DNA of 64,000 nt. Source: an uncultured bacterium. Its GTDB lineage: Bacteria; UBP14; UBA6098; B30-G16. The translations under genes and the position numbers were made by a program. This document shows positions 17,696 to 26,930 of this stretch, piece by piece (the stretch's first letter is position 1; each line of letters opens with the position of its first letter). Location: NCBI GenBank assembly GCA_965552135.1, contig CBEVQY010000001.1, positions 105,559 to 169,558 on the forward strand, read 5' to 3'. Under the pieces are notes generated by a model that was given only the letters and a program-made list of their open reading frames with translations, was not told where the DNA came from and ran no database searches.

Positions 17696-19962
17696 TGCCG
17701 ACAGCGCATCGTGGGAAGGATCGTGGCAGGCTTTTGTGGCTTTCCCTTATTCTTTTCCTTGGCGCCGCCGAGCGCCTGATCCACCTGCTGGCGTGGGCGA
17801 AAAGCCCGTACTGGTCGGGGCTTTTCCTCGACGAGCTTTACCACCACCTCTGGGCAAAGCTTGTTGCCTGCGGTCAGGTCTTTCCGCCCGGGGTTTTCTT
17901 CAGGGCGCCGCTTTACCCGTACCTGCTTGGCGCGATCTACGCCATCTTCGGCGACGGAGGCTGGGCGCCGAGGATCCTTCAACACACCATCGGGCTCGCA
18001 TCCGCCCTGCCCGTGTACTGGACCGCGCAAAGGCTTTTGCGCAAACGCAGCCTCGCCATCCTGGCGACCGCGCTTTGGGCGCTTATGCCCCTCCAGGTGT
18101 TCTTCGAGTCGCGGCTGCTTCTGGACGCCGTATTCGCCGCGATGGTGCCGTGGTTTTTGTGGATGCTCCATCTGGCGCGCCAGAAACGCACCGCCGGAGT
18201 GCTTGCCGCCACGGGCATCGTTTTGGGCGTGATGGCGGTAACAAGACCCACCGCGCTCGTCTTCGCGCCGATAGGGGTCGTTTGGCTGTGGCGGTGGATG
18301 AAGGGAAAGGCGCTCTGGATGCTTGTGGGGCTTTTCATCCCTATATTGCCGGTCTTTGCTGCGAACGTGGCGAACGGGGATTTTGTGCTTATAGCCTCTC
18401 AGGGCGGGATAAACCTCTACATCGGTAACAATCCCCAAAGCGACGGCGCGTCGGCAGTGGTTCCGGAGCTCGGCAGGAACTGGCAGTATCGGCGCTGCGC
18501 CGCCCTGGCAAAGCAAAGCCTCGGGCGCAAACCCAAACCATCGGAGATTTCGAGGTTTTTTGCGAAAAAAGCCCTGGCTTTCTGGACGAACGAGCCCACA
18601 AAGGCGCTGGCGCTTGCGGCGAAGAAGTTGGTGCTCCTGCTCACCGCGCCCGAGATCGGAAACAACGGGAACATTTACTTCCTCATGAAGCGCTCCCCGC
18701 TTGCGCATCTGCTTTGGCTTGGCTGGGGGGTCGTTTTGCCCTTGGCTTTCGTCGGGTTCGCCTTTGGGGAGATGGAGCACAGGTGGCTCATCGTATCCCT
18801 CGCTGCGGCATACGGCGCGGTTTTGGTTGCGTTTTTCGTGTGCGCACGCTTCAGGCTGCCTATGATACCGCTCCTTGTGCTCCCTGCCTCTGCGGGCGTT
18901 GGCGCCGTGGTGGACGCTGTGCGGTCGCGGAGGTTTTTGCCGCCCCTGCTTTGTGCCGCCCTCTTGGTGCTTGCGCAAGCCGACCCCTACGGCTGGCGCA
19001 AAAGCGACGACGCCCTGTCTTACTTCGCCCTGGGGAACATATACTTCCGCACCGGTCGATGGGACGATGCGCTGCGGGAATACAGAAGGGCTTTGGCGCT
19101 TGATCAGGGCGCGAGGGGTGTTCACCTCAACATGGGAGCGTTGTATTTTGCCCGCGGCGCGCTCGACTCCGCCGAGGCTCAGTTCGTTCGCGAGGTGGAC
19201 GTCGGCGGCGAGGTGTGCCGCGCGCTGTCGAACATAGGGGTCATCCGCAGGCTGCGCGGCGACTTTACCGGCGCCATCGCAGCGGGGAAAACCGCATACG
19301 AGCGCTGCGGCGAAATGCCCGATGTGGCGTTCAACTTCGTCCTCACGCTGTACGCCGCAGGCTATTACGCCTGGGCGGACTCCATCGTCGACGAGGCTCT
19401 CCCGGACCTCGGCGATGATCCGCGCTTCCTCAACGTGGCGGGAGCCGTTAAGCTCGCCGCGGGCGATACGGCAGAGGCAGAGCGCCTCTTCCGAAAAGTT
19501 GTGGAGCTCTACACCAGCCGTCCGGGCAGGTCCTTGGTTCAGCTTTACGACCTCGGCGCGATCTACAGCGAGCAGGCGGGCGTCGGCGCATCGGAGGGAA
19601 GAGTCTTTTGCTGGGCGTGTTACAACCTCGCCTTGCTTTACGCCTCCAAAGGCAGGCTTGAGGGCGCGAGGGAGCTTTTGACGCGCGCCGTACTTGAGGA
19701 TGCAGGCTTTGCGGAGGGATTCGCGGCGCTGGGGGCGGTCCTGCTGGCGCAGGGACGAATAGACGAAGCCGAGCGAAATCTAACGCGAGCCCGGGAGCTG
19801 GGGCTGCGAAAGCCCGAGCTTTTCTTTGACCTCGCCGCCGTCTGCACCAGACGCGGCGAGCTTGAGAAAGCGAAGACCCTGCTTGAACAGGCGCTGGAAC
19901 TAAGGCCCGACTTCAAGCCCGCCAAAAGCGCGCTGGATTGGCTCGAGGAACAAACGAATTGA
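17695..19962 (+). CDS. GT-C fold membrane glycosyltransferase (ArnT/PMT-like) with C-terminal TPRs
   Basis: LDELYH, APLYPYLL, multiple TMs, RPTAL, GINLYIGNN and RFRLP, followed by TPR helices. Confidence 0.85.
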   Translation: MPTAHRGKDRGRLLWLSLILFLGAAERLIHLLAWAKSPYWSGLFLDELYHHLWAKLVACGQVFPPGVFFRAPLYPYLLGAIYAIFGDGGWAPRILQHTIGLASALPVYWTAQRLLRKRSLAILATALWALMPLQVFFESRLLLDAVFAAMVPWFLWMLHLARQKRTAGVLAATGIVLGVMAVTRPTALVFAPIGVVWLWRWMKGKALWMLVGLFIPILPVFAANVANGDFVLIASQGGINLYIGNNPQSDGASAVVPELGRNWQYRRCAALAKQSLGRKPKPSEISRFFAKKALAFWTNEPTKALALAAKKLVLLLTAPEIGNNGNIYFLMKRSPLAHLLWLGWGVVLPLAFVGFAFGEMEHRWLIVSLAAAYGAVLVAFFVCARFRLPMIPLLVLPASAGVGAVVDAVRSRRFLPPLLCAALLVLAQADPYGWRKSDDALSYFALGNIYFRTGRWDDALREYRRALALDQGARGVHLNMGALYFARGALDSAEAQFVREVDVGGEVCRALSNIGVIRRLRGDFTGAIAAGKTAYERCGEMPDVAFNFVLTLYAAGYYAWADSIVDEALPDLGDDPRFLNVAGAVKLAAGDTAEAERLFRKVVELYTSRPGRSLVQLYDLGAIYSEQAGVGASEGRVFCWACYNLALLYASKGRLEGARELLTRAVLEDAGFAEGFAALGAVLLAQGRIDEAERNLTRARELGLRKPELFFDLAAVCTRRGELEKAKTLLEQALELRPDFKPAKSALDWLEEQTN

Positions 19963-19986
19963 CACCGCCCGCGGAAGCGATATACT
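19959..19986 (+). promoter_or_regulatory. Sigma70 promoter of tRNA-Arg
   Basis: TTGACA (19959-19964), 16 bp, TATACT (19981-19986), 8 nt before the tRNA. Confidence 0.75.
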
Positions 19987-19994
19987 AAACACGG

Positions 19995-20068
19995 GTGCCC
20001 GTAGCTCAACTGGACAGAGCACCGGACTTCGGATCCGGTGGTTGGGGGTTCGAGTCCCTCCGGGCACG
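19995..20068 (+). tRNA. tRNA-Arg (anticodon UCG); CCA not encoded
   Basis: Acceptor GTGCCCG/CGGGCAC, D arm GCTC/GAGC with A20, anticodon arm CCGGA-CTTCGGA-TCCGG, T loop TTCGAGT, discriminator G followed by TA. Confidence 0.96.
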
Positions 20069-20087
20069 TACAGATGCGGGCGCGGCA

Positions 20088-22670
20088 TCAGCTTTTCGCG
20101 GTCAGCCTGAACGAGCGGTCGATTTCGAAGGGCTCGCCGAAGGGGGTTTTCCATCCCTCAGCGGCCGGGATCAAAAGCTCTTTGCGCACAAACCTTCCGC
20201 AGAGGGCGGTTTCTTCGCTCATACCCGCTGCGATGAGGAACTCCTGCGGTCTTCCGCTGCCTTTGTCGCCGGCGCGCAGGACGAGGCTAAAGCTGCAGCG
20301 CGCCTTGTTTCCGCCATCGATGCGCCAGGCGAGGATAAGCGGTCTTATGTCGACCGTCCTTTCGTGTCTGCGGAAGCTTATGCTCCCCTGTTGCGTCACC
20401 CAGTTGAGCGCGTCTTCGACCAGGCTTCGGCTTGCAGCGACCTCACACTCCCAAAGCGCCGCTTCAACGGACGCCTGAAGTGGCTTCGGCTTGCGGTGGA
20501 ACGGCTGATATCCGCGAAGCTCCATCCCCTCGGGCAGCGCCCTCGCGAGGGCGTGTATGTTCGCTTCAGACACGGCGCCCGAAAGAAATACGTCCACATA
20601 CTCCGCCTCGCTTTCGGCGCCGAGTGGGAGCGGCGGAGAGAACGAAAGCTTTGGGTGCACATGATACCCTTCGGTGAAGGCGACGGGGAACCTCGCCCTT
20701 CGCAGCGTGCGTTCCCACAGCCGCAGCACGTCGAGGTGTCCCAGGAAGCGCATAAGCCCGCGCCGCGCGTAGCGAACCCTCACGACCGGTGCGAAGACGA
20801 GGGGCGTTTTGTGCTCCCTTCGGGGTCGCCTTCCGAACGATGTTGCAGCGCTCGCCGCGGATGTTCGCGCAAGAACCTGCTGCGGGACATCGCAGAACCG
20901 GCACCGAGCGCAATCCCGCGTCCAGCAGGGGAGGGTAAGTTTCCCCTGCATCGCCCGCGCGCGCTCAGCACGCAGGAAGTCCCGGCGAAGACCTTTGTCT
21001 ATCACGTCCCACGGCAAAGGCTCGTCCTCGGCGCGCTCGGCAAGGCAACCCTCCAGGGAGAACCCGACCTCCTCCAAAGCTTCGAGGAAGATCCGCGGCT
21101 CGAAGAACTCGCTCCATGCGGCGTAAATTCCGCCCTTTCGCCAGGCAAGCTCGATTATGTCGCAGAAGCGTCTGTCGCCGCGGGCTAAAACGCCCTCGAG
21201 GATGGAGACGTACGGGTTGCGCCGCAGAACCTCCACCCGCCGCGGGAGGCGCGAAAGGACGTATTCCTCTCGCCTCCGGAGCTCCTCCGCCCCAAGCTGG
21301 CGCTCCCACTGGAACGGCGTGTGCGGTCTGGGGACGAAGGGCGACAGCGCCACCTTAAGCTTTGCCTTGTAGCGCTTCGCCAGCGCATCCGCCCTGCGGA
21401 CGAGGTCGACGAGACCGTCGAGGTCGTCCTCGGTTTCGGTGGGCAGGCCGAACATGAAGTATAGCTTTACGCTGCGCCACTTTTTGCGGAAGGCGAGCTC
21501 GAGCGTCTCGAAGAACTTATCCTCGTCGAGGGGTTTGTTTAGGACGGCTCGCAGGCGCTGTGTGCCCGCCTCGGGCGCAAACGTAAGCCCGCTTTTGCGA
21601 CCATAGCCCACAAGCTCGAGCAGCTCGTCGCTTACGTGCTCGACTCGCACCGAGGGCAGGGCGAACTTGAGCTTGTTGTCCTTGACCCAGCCGCCAAGCC
21701 TCCGAACAAGACCATCGAGGTCGGAGTAGTCCGTTGTCGACAGCGCCAGAAGTCCGATCTCGTCCCATCCGGTTGCGGCGAAGTTCCGCATAAGCTCTGC
21801 AACAACCGCCTCCGCGGGGCGCTCCCTGAGGGGTCGGTAGGTGAAGCCCGACTCGCAGAACCTGCAACCCCTTCCGCATCCCCGGGCGAGCTCGGCGCGA
21901 AGCCTGTTGTGAACCACCTCGACCCAGGGCACGATCGGTGGTGTTGGGTAAAAGCCGTCCTCCAGGCGCGGCACCGTTGCAGCCTTCACGGGCAGCGGCG
22001 CACCGCCCTCGGCGGAAAAACCCGCGAAACGCCCCCCGTCGTAGCGAACGCCGTAAAGCGACGGAACGTAAACGCCGGGGAACTCACAAAGCCCCTCCAA
22101 AAGCTTCCTGCGGGGCAGGGCGCCTTTGTTTCTTTTCACGTAGTGCAGCAGGTCGACGAGTGCGACTTCGGCGTCGCCGACGTAGATTGCGTCGAAGAAC
22201 TCCGCCACAGGCTCGGGGTGGAAGGCGCAGCTCCCGCCAGCGATGACTATCGGATCACCCTCGCCCCGCGCAGACGACCGAAGCGGTATGCCGCCCATAT
22301 CGAGCATCTCGAGGACGTTTGTGTACGAAAGCTCGTTCTCAAGCGTGAAGCCAACAACGTCGAACTGCGATATGGGCGTCTTGGTCTCGAGGCTTAGGGG
22401 AGGTATTCGGCGCTGCCGCATAAGGTTGCGCATGTCGTGCCAGGGCATGTAGATTCTTTCGCAGACAAGCTCGGGGTCTTTGTTGACGATGTTGTAAATC
22501 ACAAGACCCCCGAAGTGGCTTGCGCCAAGCTCGTAGACCTCGGGGAAGACGAGTGCGAAGCGGAGCTTTCCCTCATGATCCTTGACTATGCTGCCAAGCT
22601 CGCCGCCGATGTAGCGTCCGGGCTTTTCGACCAGGGGCAAAAGCCGCTCTATTTCGGACCAGAACGACAT
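20088..22670 (-). CDS. B12-binding radical SAM protein (TIGR03960-type) fused to a radical SAM-linked (TIGR03936-type) domain
   Basis: VEKPGRYIGGE, RGCGRGCRFC (CX3CX2C), TFAPEAGTQRLR, KLYFMFGLPTE; C-terminal RFLGHLD...FTEGYHVHPKLSF...GAESEAEY. Confidence 0.92.
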   Translation of the reverse strand: MSFWSEIERLLPLVEKPGRYIGGELGSIVKDHEGKLRFALVFPEVYELGASHFGGLVIYNIVNKDPELVCERIYMPWHDMRNLMRQRRIPPLSLETKTPISQFDVVGFTLENELSYTNVLEMLDMGGIPLRSSARGEGDPIVIAGGSCAFHPEPVAEFFDAIYVGDAEVALVDLLHYVKRNKGALPRRKLLEGLCEFPGVYVPSLYGVRYDGGRFAGFSAEGGAPLPVKAATVPRLEDGFYPTPPIVPWVEVVHNRLRAELARGCGRGCRFCESGFTYRPLRERPAEAVVAELMRNFAATGWDEIGLLALSTTDYSDLDGLVRRLGGWVKDNKLKFALPSVRVEHVSDELLELVGYGRKSGLTFAPEAGTQRLRAVLNKPLDEDKFFETLELAFRKKWRSVKLYFMFGLPTETEDDLDGLVDLVRRADALAKRYKAKLKVALSPFVPRPHTPFQWERQLGAEELRRREEYVLSRLPRRVEVLRRNPYVSILEGVLARGDRRFCDIIELAWRKGGIYAAWSEFFEPRIFLEALEEVGFSLEGCLAERAEDEPLPWDVIDKGLRRDFLRAERARAMQGKLTLPCWTRDCARCRFCDVPQQVLARTSAASAATSFGRRPRREHKTPLVFAPVVRVRYARRGLMRFLGHLDVLRLWERTLRRARFPVAFTEGYHVHPKLSFSPPLPLGAESEAEYVDVFLSGAVSEANIHALARALPEGMELRGYQPFHRKPKPLQASVEAALWECEVAASRSLVEDALNWVTQQGSISFRRHERTVDIRPLILAWRIDGGNKARCSFSLVLRAGDKGSGRPQEFLIAAGMSEETALCGRFVRKELLIPAAEGWKTPFGEPFEIDRSFRLTAKS

Positions 22671-22712
22671 CGACGACAAAGATAAGCAAGCCGCCTTTGG
22701 GTCGCAAAGCCT

Positions 22713-25700
22713 TTAGCTCTCAACGAGCCGCGTAAGGAGCGAGGTGAGGATGCGCAAAGTCGTTTGGACGTCGCAGGCTTTGGGCAGCCTTATCGCCGCC
22801 CCTGTTTCGCGCGGCGGAATGAGCTCGGGCGGTGGTTGAAATCCCCGAAGCCTCTCGTCGAGCTTCGCAAGGGGAAGCCTCTCCGGCGAAAACGAAAGCA
22901 CAACCCACCTCCCCCTAAAGGAAACCGAACTGAAGCCCGCTTTTGTGGCGAGTATTCGCGCCTTCACGAACGACACGAGGTTTTGAGCCTCGGGGGGGAG
23001 CTTTCCGAACCTGTCGGAAAGTTCCTCCTCGATCACCCTCACCTTCTCGACGCGTTCGGCGGTAAAGAGCCTTTGGTAGTATCCGAGCCGCTCTTCGAAC
23101 GACGGGATGTATTCTGGCGGCAGCAGTGCGTCGAAGTCGATGGAGAATGGCACTGGCTCGAAGACGGGTGGCGGCTGCCCCTTAAGCTCAGCCACCGCCT
23201 CGGCGAGCATCTTCGAGTACAGATCAAGACCGACCTCCTCAACGAAGCCGCTTTGTTCCTTGCCCAGGAGGTTCCCGGCGCCGCGGATCTCGAGGTCCTT
23301 GAGGGCAAGGTGGTAACCGCTGCCGAGCTGCGTGTGTTCGAGGAGGGCTTTGAGCCGCTTGCGGGCATCGGGCGAAAGGGAGCGGTAGGGTGGGATCACA
23401 AGGTACGCATACGCCTGCACATCCGACCTGCCAACGCGCCCGCGCAGCTGATAAAGCTGCGCCAGACCAAACTGATCCGCGCGGTTTATTATTATCGTGT
23501 TCACGCGGGGCATGTCGGTGCCCGACTCGATTATCGCCGTCGAAAGCAGGAGGTCGTACTTCCCCTCGCGGAAGTCGAGCACGGTCTTCTCAAGCATCCT
23601 TTTGGGCATTTTGCCGTGGGCGACGGCTATCCTCACGTCGGGCATCGCCCTCTTGAGCAGCGCTTCGATGCCCCCTATCGTCTCGACGCGGTTGTGGACG
23701 AAGAATACCTGTCCGCCGCGCTCAAGCTCGTTGTAGACGGCTTTGGCGAAAAGCTCGAGGTTCCACGGCACGATCTGGGTGAACACCGCCTTGCGCAGCC
23801 TCGGCGCCGTCTCGATAAGGGATATGTCCCTAAGCCCCGAGATGGAGAAGTAGAGGGTCCGCGGGATCGGCGTTGCCGTCATCGTGAGGACGTCGACCTC
23901 CGCCCGCAGCGCTTTCAGCCTCTCCTTGTGTCGAACGCCGAACCACTGCTCCTCGTCCACGATCAAAAGCCCAAGCTCCCTGAACCTGACCCTTTCTGTA
24001 AGCAGCATGTGGGTTCCCACGACTATGTCGACCTTTCCTTCCGCGAGGTCTTCGATGATGCGGCTCGCAAGTTTTGGCGGGGTGAACCGACACAGCATTT
24101 CGACCCTCACGGGCAGGTTGGCAAGCCTTTTGCGGAAGGTGTCGAAGTGCTGCGCGGCGAGGATGGTCGTTGGCACAAGCACCGCTACCTGCTTTCCGCT
24201 GGCAACGACCCTTACGGCTGCCCGAAGCGCAACCTCGGTCTTGCCGAAGCCAACGTCGCCGCACAAAAGCCTGTCCATCGGCTTGGGCTTGGCAAGATCA
24301 CTTAAAACCTCCTCTATTGCCTTTCGCTGGTCGGGCGTCTCCTCGTAGGGGAAGGTCTTCGCAAGCTCCTCCTCCCACTCAGGCGCCGGCGGGAAGGGTT
24401 CTCGTTCCTTTATCTGCCGTAGGGCGTATATCCTGACGAGCTCTCCCGCAAGCTCAAACGCCCTCCTTCGTGCGCGCGCTTTAGATGCAGCCCACCTCTT
24501 GCCCCCAAGCTTCGAAAGCCGCGCCGACGAAGGACCTATGTAGGGGTTGACGAGGTAAAAATCCTCTATCGGGACGTAAAGCTTCTCACCGTCTGCGAAT
24601 TCGAGCTGGAGGAACTCCGTCTTCCCGTTGCCTGCGTCGAGGGTTTTTATCCCCAAAAACCTTGCGATTCCGTATTCGGAGTGGACGACGAGGTCTCCGG
24701 GCTCGATGCCGTAGTGTGCCAGCATTGCGCGTCCCTGGTGGTAGCTTGGCGGCTGGAACATCGCCCTCGAGAAGCCAAGGATCTGGTCTCCCGAGAGTGC
24801 AGCAACACGGGCATCCTTCAGGGCGAAGCTCTGCGATATGGTCCCCTTTCGCACCGGCACGGGGAGCCGTCCGCCGAGCCTGCGCTCGATGCGCTTGCGC
24901 TGCGCGTCCGACGCAGTGAAGACGAAGACCTCCCCCTCCGCCGCAAGCGACGCAAGCTGGTCGAGGAGCTCGATGGGGTCCTCCTTTGCCACGATCTCCC
25001 TCGCCCCGAAGTCGATGGTGGTGGGTGTGGTCGGCACCTCCCTCACGAGCACGTGCGCCCCAAGCAGACGCCTTTTCAGCTCTTGCGCGTTTTGGAAGAT
25101 CTCTTCGGGCGGTGGAGGTTGCAGCTCCTCCCACGCCACGCGCTCCCGCAGCTCGCGCGCCTTTGCGGCAAATGCATCGACCTCGCGGGCAAGATCCTCC
25201 GGCTCCACGGAGATGAAGATCGCCCCCGCTTTTTCGAAGACCTCCGCGGGTGGCACCGGCTGTGGCTCGAAGAAGGACGAGAACCATATCTCGCCCGGGA
25301 ACCTGCTGTCGAACGCCGTTCTCGCCAAAAGCTCCTCGACCGCGCTTTGGGGCAGCTTGTTCCTTGCGTCGCTTCGCAGCCGCCTCGCGACGCCTTCGGG
25401 CGTCGCCTCGCCGATGACCGGCCCCTCCACGGCGGGAACAAAGAGCGCCTCGCCCACCCTCCCTATCCAGCGCCGGTTGTGCGTTGAAAAAAGCCTTATC
25501 TGGTCGACGACGTCGCCGAAAAACTCGACCCGCACGGGATCGGGGTGCGCAGGCGAGAAGAAGTCGATGATCTCCCCCCTGCGGGCAAAAGTCTGCAAAA
25601 ACTCAACGAGCTGCTCCCTGCGGTATCCGGCTCTAACGAGCCGGGTTGCAAGCTCGTCCATCGGTATCTCCATCCCCTTTCCGACGCGGAACGCCTGTTC

Positions 25701-26099
25701 GCGCAGGGCGCTGGGGGGTATGGTCTTCCACATAAGCGCCGCCGGGGTCGTGATGATAACTGGAGCCGGGGCGACAAGGAGCTTCCAGAGAGCAAAAATC
25801 CTTTCGGCGACGAGCTCTGCGGCGGGGTATTTGTGCTCGTAGGGGAGTATGTCCCACTCCGGGAACGGTGCAGCGCGCTTTCCGGATGCGGTTTGTGCGT
25901 CTGCTCGTGCGGCAACGAACTCGCCCTGCGGCACAACGACGACGGCAGGTTTTTGCGTTTGGCGTGCGATGACATCGGCAAGCGCAGCCCAAAGCGGTCG
26001 GCAAAGCCCGCTGACGCTGACGGAACCCGTCCCCAAGCGCTCAAGGAGCTCGGCTAAGGCGGCGCTGCGCTCAAATATTTTCGACAAAGCCGACGCCAC
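22713..26099 (-). CDS. mfd: Transcription-repair coupling factor
   Basis: VVHSEYGIARF (RID), FPYEETPDQ, CGDVGFGKTEVA, VDEEQWFG, TATPIPRTL, QLRGRVGRS and DLEIRGAGNLLG. Confidence 0.97.
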   Translation of the reverse strand: MASALSKIFERSAALAELLERLGTGSVSVSGLCRPLWAALADVIARQTQKPAVVVVPQGEFVAARADAQTASGKRAAPFPEWDILPYEHKYPAAELVAERIFALWKLLVAPAPVIITTPAALMWKTIPPSALREQAFRVGKGMEIPMDELATRLVRAGYRREQLVEFLQTFARRGEIIDFFSPAHPDPVRVEFFGDVVDQIRLFSTHNRRWIGRVGEALFVPAVEGPVIGEATPEGVARRLRSDARNKLPQSAVEELLARTAFDSRFPGEIWFSSFFEPQPVPPAEVFEKAGAIFISVEPEDLAREVDAFAAKARELRERVAWEELQPPPPEEIFQNAQELKRRLLGAHVLVREVPTTPTTIDFGAREIVAKEDPIELLDQLASLAAEGEVFVFTASDAQRKRIERRLGGRLPVPVRKGTISQSFALKDARVAALSGDQILGFSRAMFQPPSYHQGRAMLAHYGIEPGDLVVHSEYGIARFLGIKTLDAGNGKTEFLQLEFADGEKLYVPIEDFYLVNPYIGPSSARLSKLGGKRWAASKARARRRAFELAGELVRIYALRQIKEREPFPPAPEWEEELAKTFPYEETPDQRKAIEEVLSDLAKPKPMDRLLCGDVGFGKTEVALRAAVRVVASGKQVAVLVPTTILAAQHFDTFRKRLANLPVRVEMLCRFTPPKLASRIIEDLAEGKVDIVVGTHMLLTERVRFRELGLLIVDEEQWFGVRHKERLKALRAEVDVLTMTATPIPRTLYFSISGLRDISLIETAPRLRKAVFTQIVPWNLELFAKAVYNELERGGQVFFVHNRVETIGGIEALLKRAMPDVRIAVAHGKMPKRMLEKTVLDFREGKYDLLLSTAIIESGTDMPRVNTIIINRADQFGLAQLYQLRGRVGRSDVQAYAYLVIPPYRSLSPDARKRLKALLEHTQLGSGYHLALKDLEIRGAGNLLGKEQSGFVEEVGLDLYSKMLAEAVAELKGQPPPVFEPVPFSIDFDALLPPEYIPSFEERLGYYQRLFTAERVEKVRVIEEELSDRFGKLPPEAQNLVSFVKARILATKAGFSSVSFRGRWVVLSFSPERLPLAKLDERLRGFQPPPELIPPRETGAAIRLPKACDVQTTLRILTSLLTRLVES

Positions 26100-26193
26100 A
26101 GACTAACATTATCTTGAAAACAAGCCGGCTTCGCAAGGCAGCGCTTCGAATTTTGAGTTGCAGCCACAGAGGCGCGGGATATCTTTAAGTGCT

Positions 26194-26865
26194 ATGGGTA
26201 GGCGAGAATCGAAAGGGAGGGGCGGTTCGCGCCGTCCGAAGCGCAGTGGCTTCGAGGCGCTTTTGGTGGCGCTTGGAATAGCCCTTATCCTCCGCGCAAC
26301 GGTCGTGCAGGCGTTCAACATACCGTCGGGGTCCATGGAGGACACCCTCCTTGTGGGCGACTTCATTTTGGGGGAGAAGATAACCTTCCGCTTTCGTTCG
26401 CCGCGACCCGGCGAGGTGGTCATCTTCCGCCACCCGAAGATACCCGGGCGCGACCTCATAAAGCGCTGCGTTGCCCTGGAAGGCGACACGGTGCTTATAG
26501 TGAACAAGGTCCTGTACGTCAACGGGCGACGCTTTCCTGATCCGCCCAAGGCGAAGTACGTCGACCCACGCATCATCCCAGCGCGCTATGCGCCCCGCGA
26601 TAACTTCGGACCATACGTCGTCCCCAAAGGACACATATTCGTTATGGGCGACAACCGCGATAACTCCGACGACTCCCGCTTCTGGGGTCCTCTGCCGCTG
26701 AAAAACGTCAAGGCAAGACCGCTTTTCGTGTATTTCTCAATAAACCCCGGTCCCAGACCGCCGCGCGTGAGGTCGATACTCGACATATATCTATCCCTCG
26801 TAAAAAGCCTTCTCCACATACCGCCGCGCATAAGGCTTTGGAGGATAGGCATCATAGTGAAGTAG
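26194..26865 (+). CDS. lepB: Signal peptidase I
   Basis: IPSGSMEDTL (Ser), LIKRCVA (Lys) and MGDNRDNSDDSRFWG. Confidence 0.96.
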   Translation: MGRRESKGRGGSRRPKRSGFEALLVALGIALILRATVVQAFNIPSGSMEDTLLVGDFILGEKITFRFRSPRPGEVVIFRHPKIPGRDLIKRCVALEGDTVLIVNKVLYVNGRRFPDPPKAKYVDPRIIPARYAPRDNFGPYVVPKGHIFVMGDNRDNSDDSRFWGPLPLKNVKARPLFVYFSINPGPRPPRVRSILDIYLSLVKSLLHIPPRIRLWRIGIIVK

Positions 26866-26930
26866 CGTTCTTGTGGCAAAAGCGTTGACAGCGCGCTTTC
26901 GTCGATTATCTTCCTTGGAGCATTGGAGCG

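Noticed and set aside
19995..20090. tRNA as an integration site for a mobile element
   Set aside because: No integrase or duplicated tRNA 3' end seen; a housekeeping gene follows immediately.
19995..21188. 397-aa + strand ORF
   Set aside because: It starts inside the tRNA and is antisense to the radical SAM gene; a shadow ORF.
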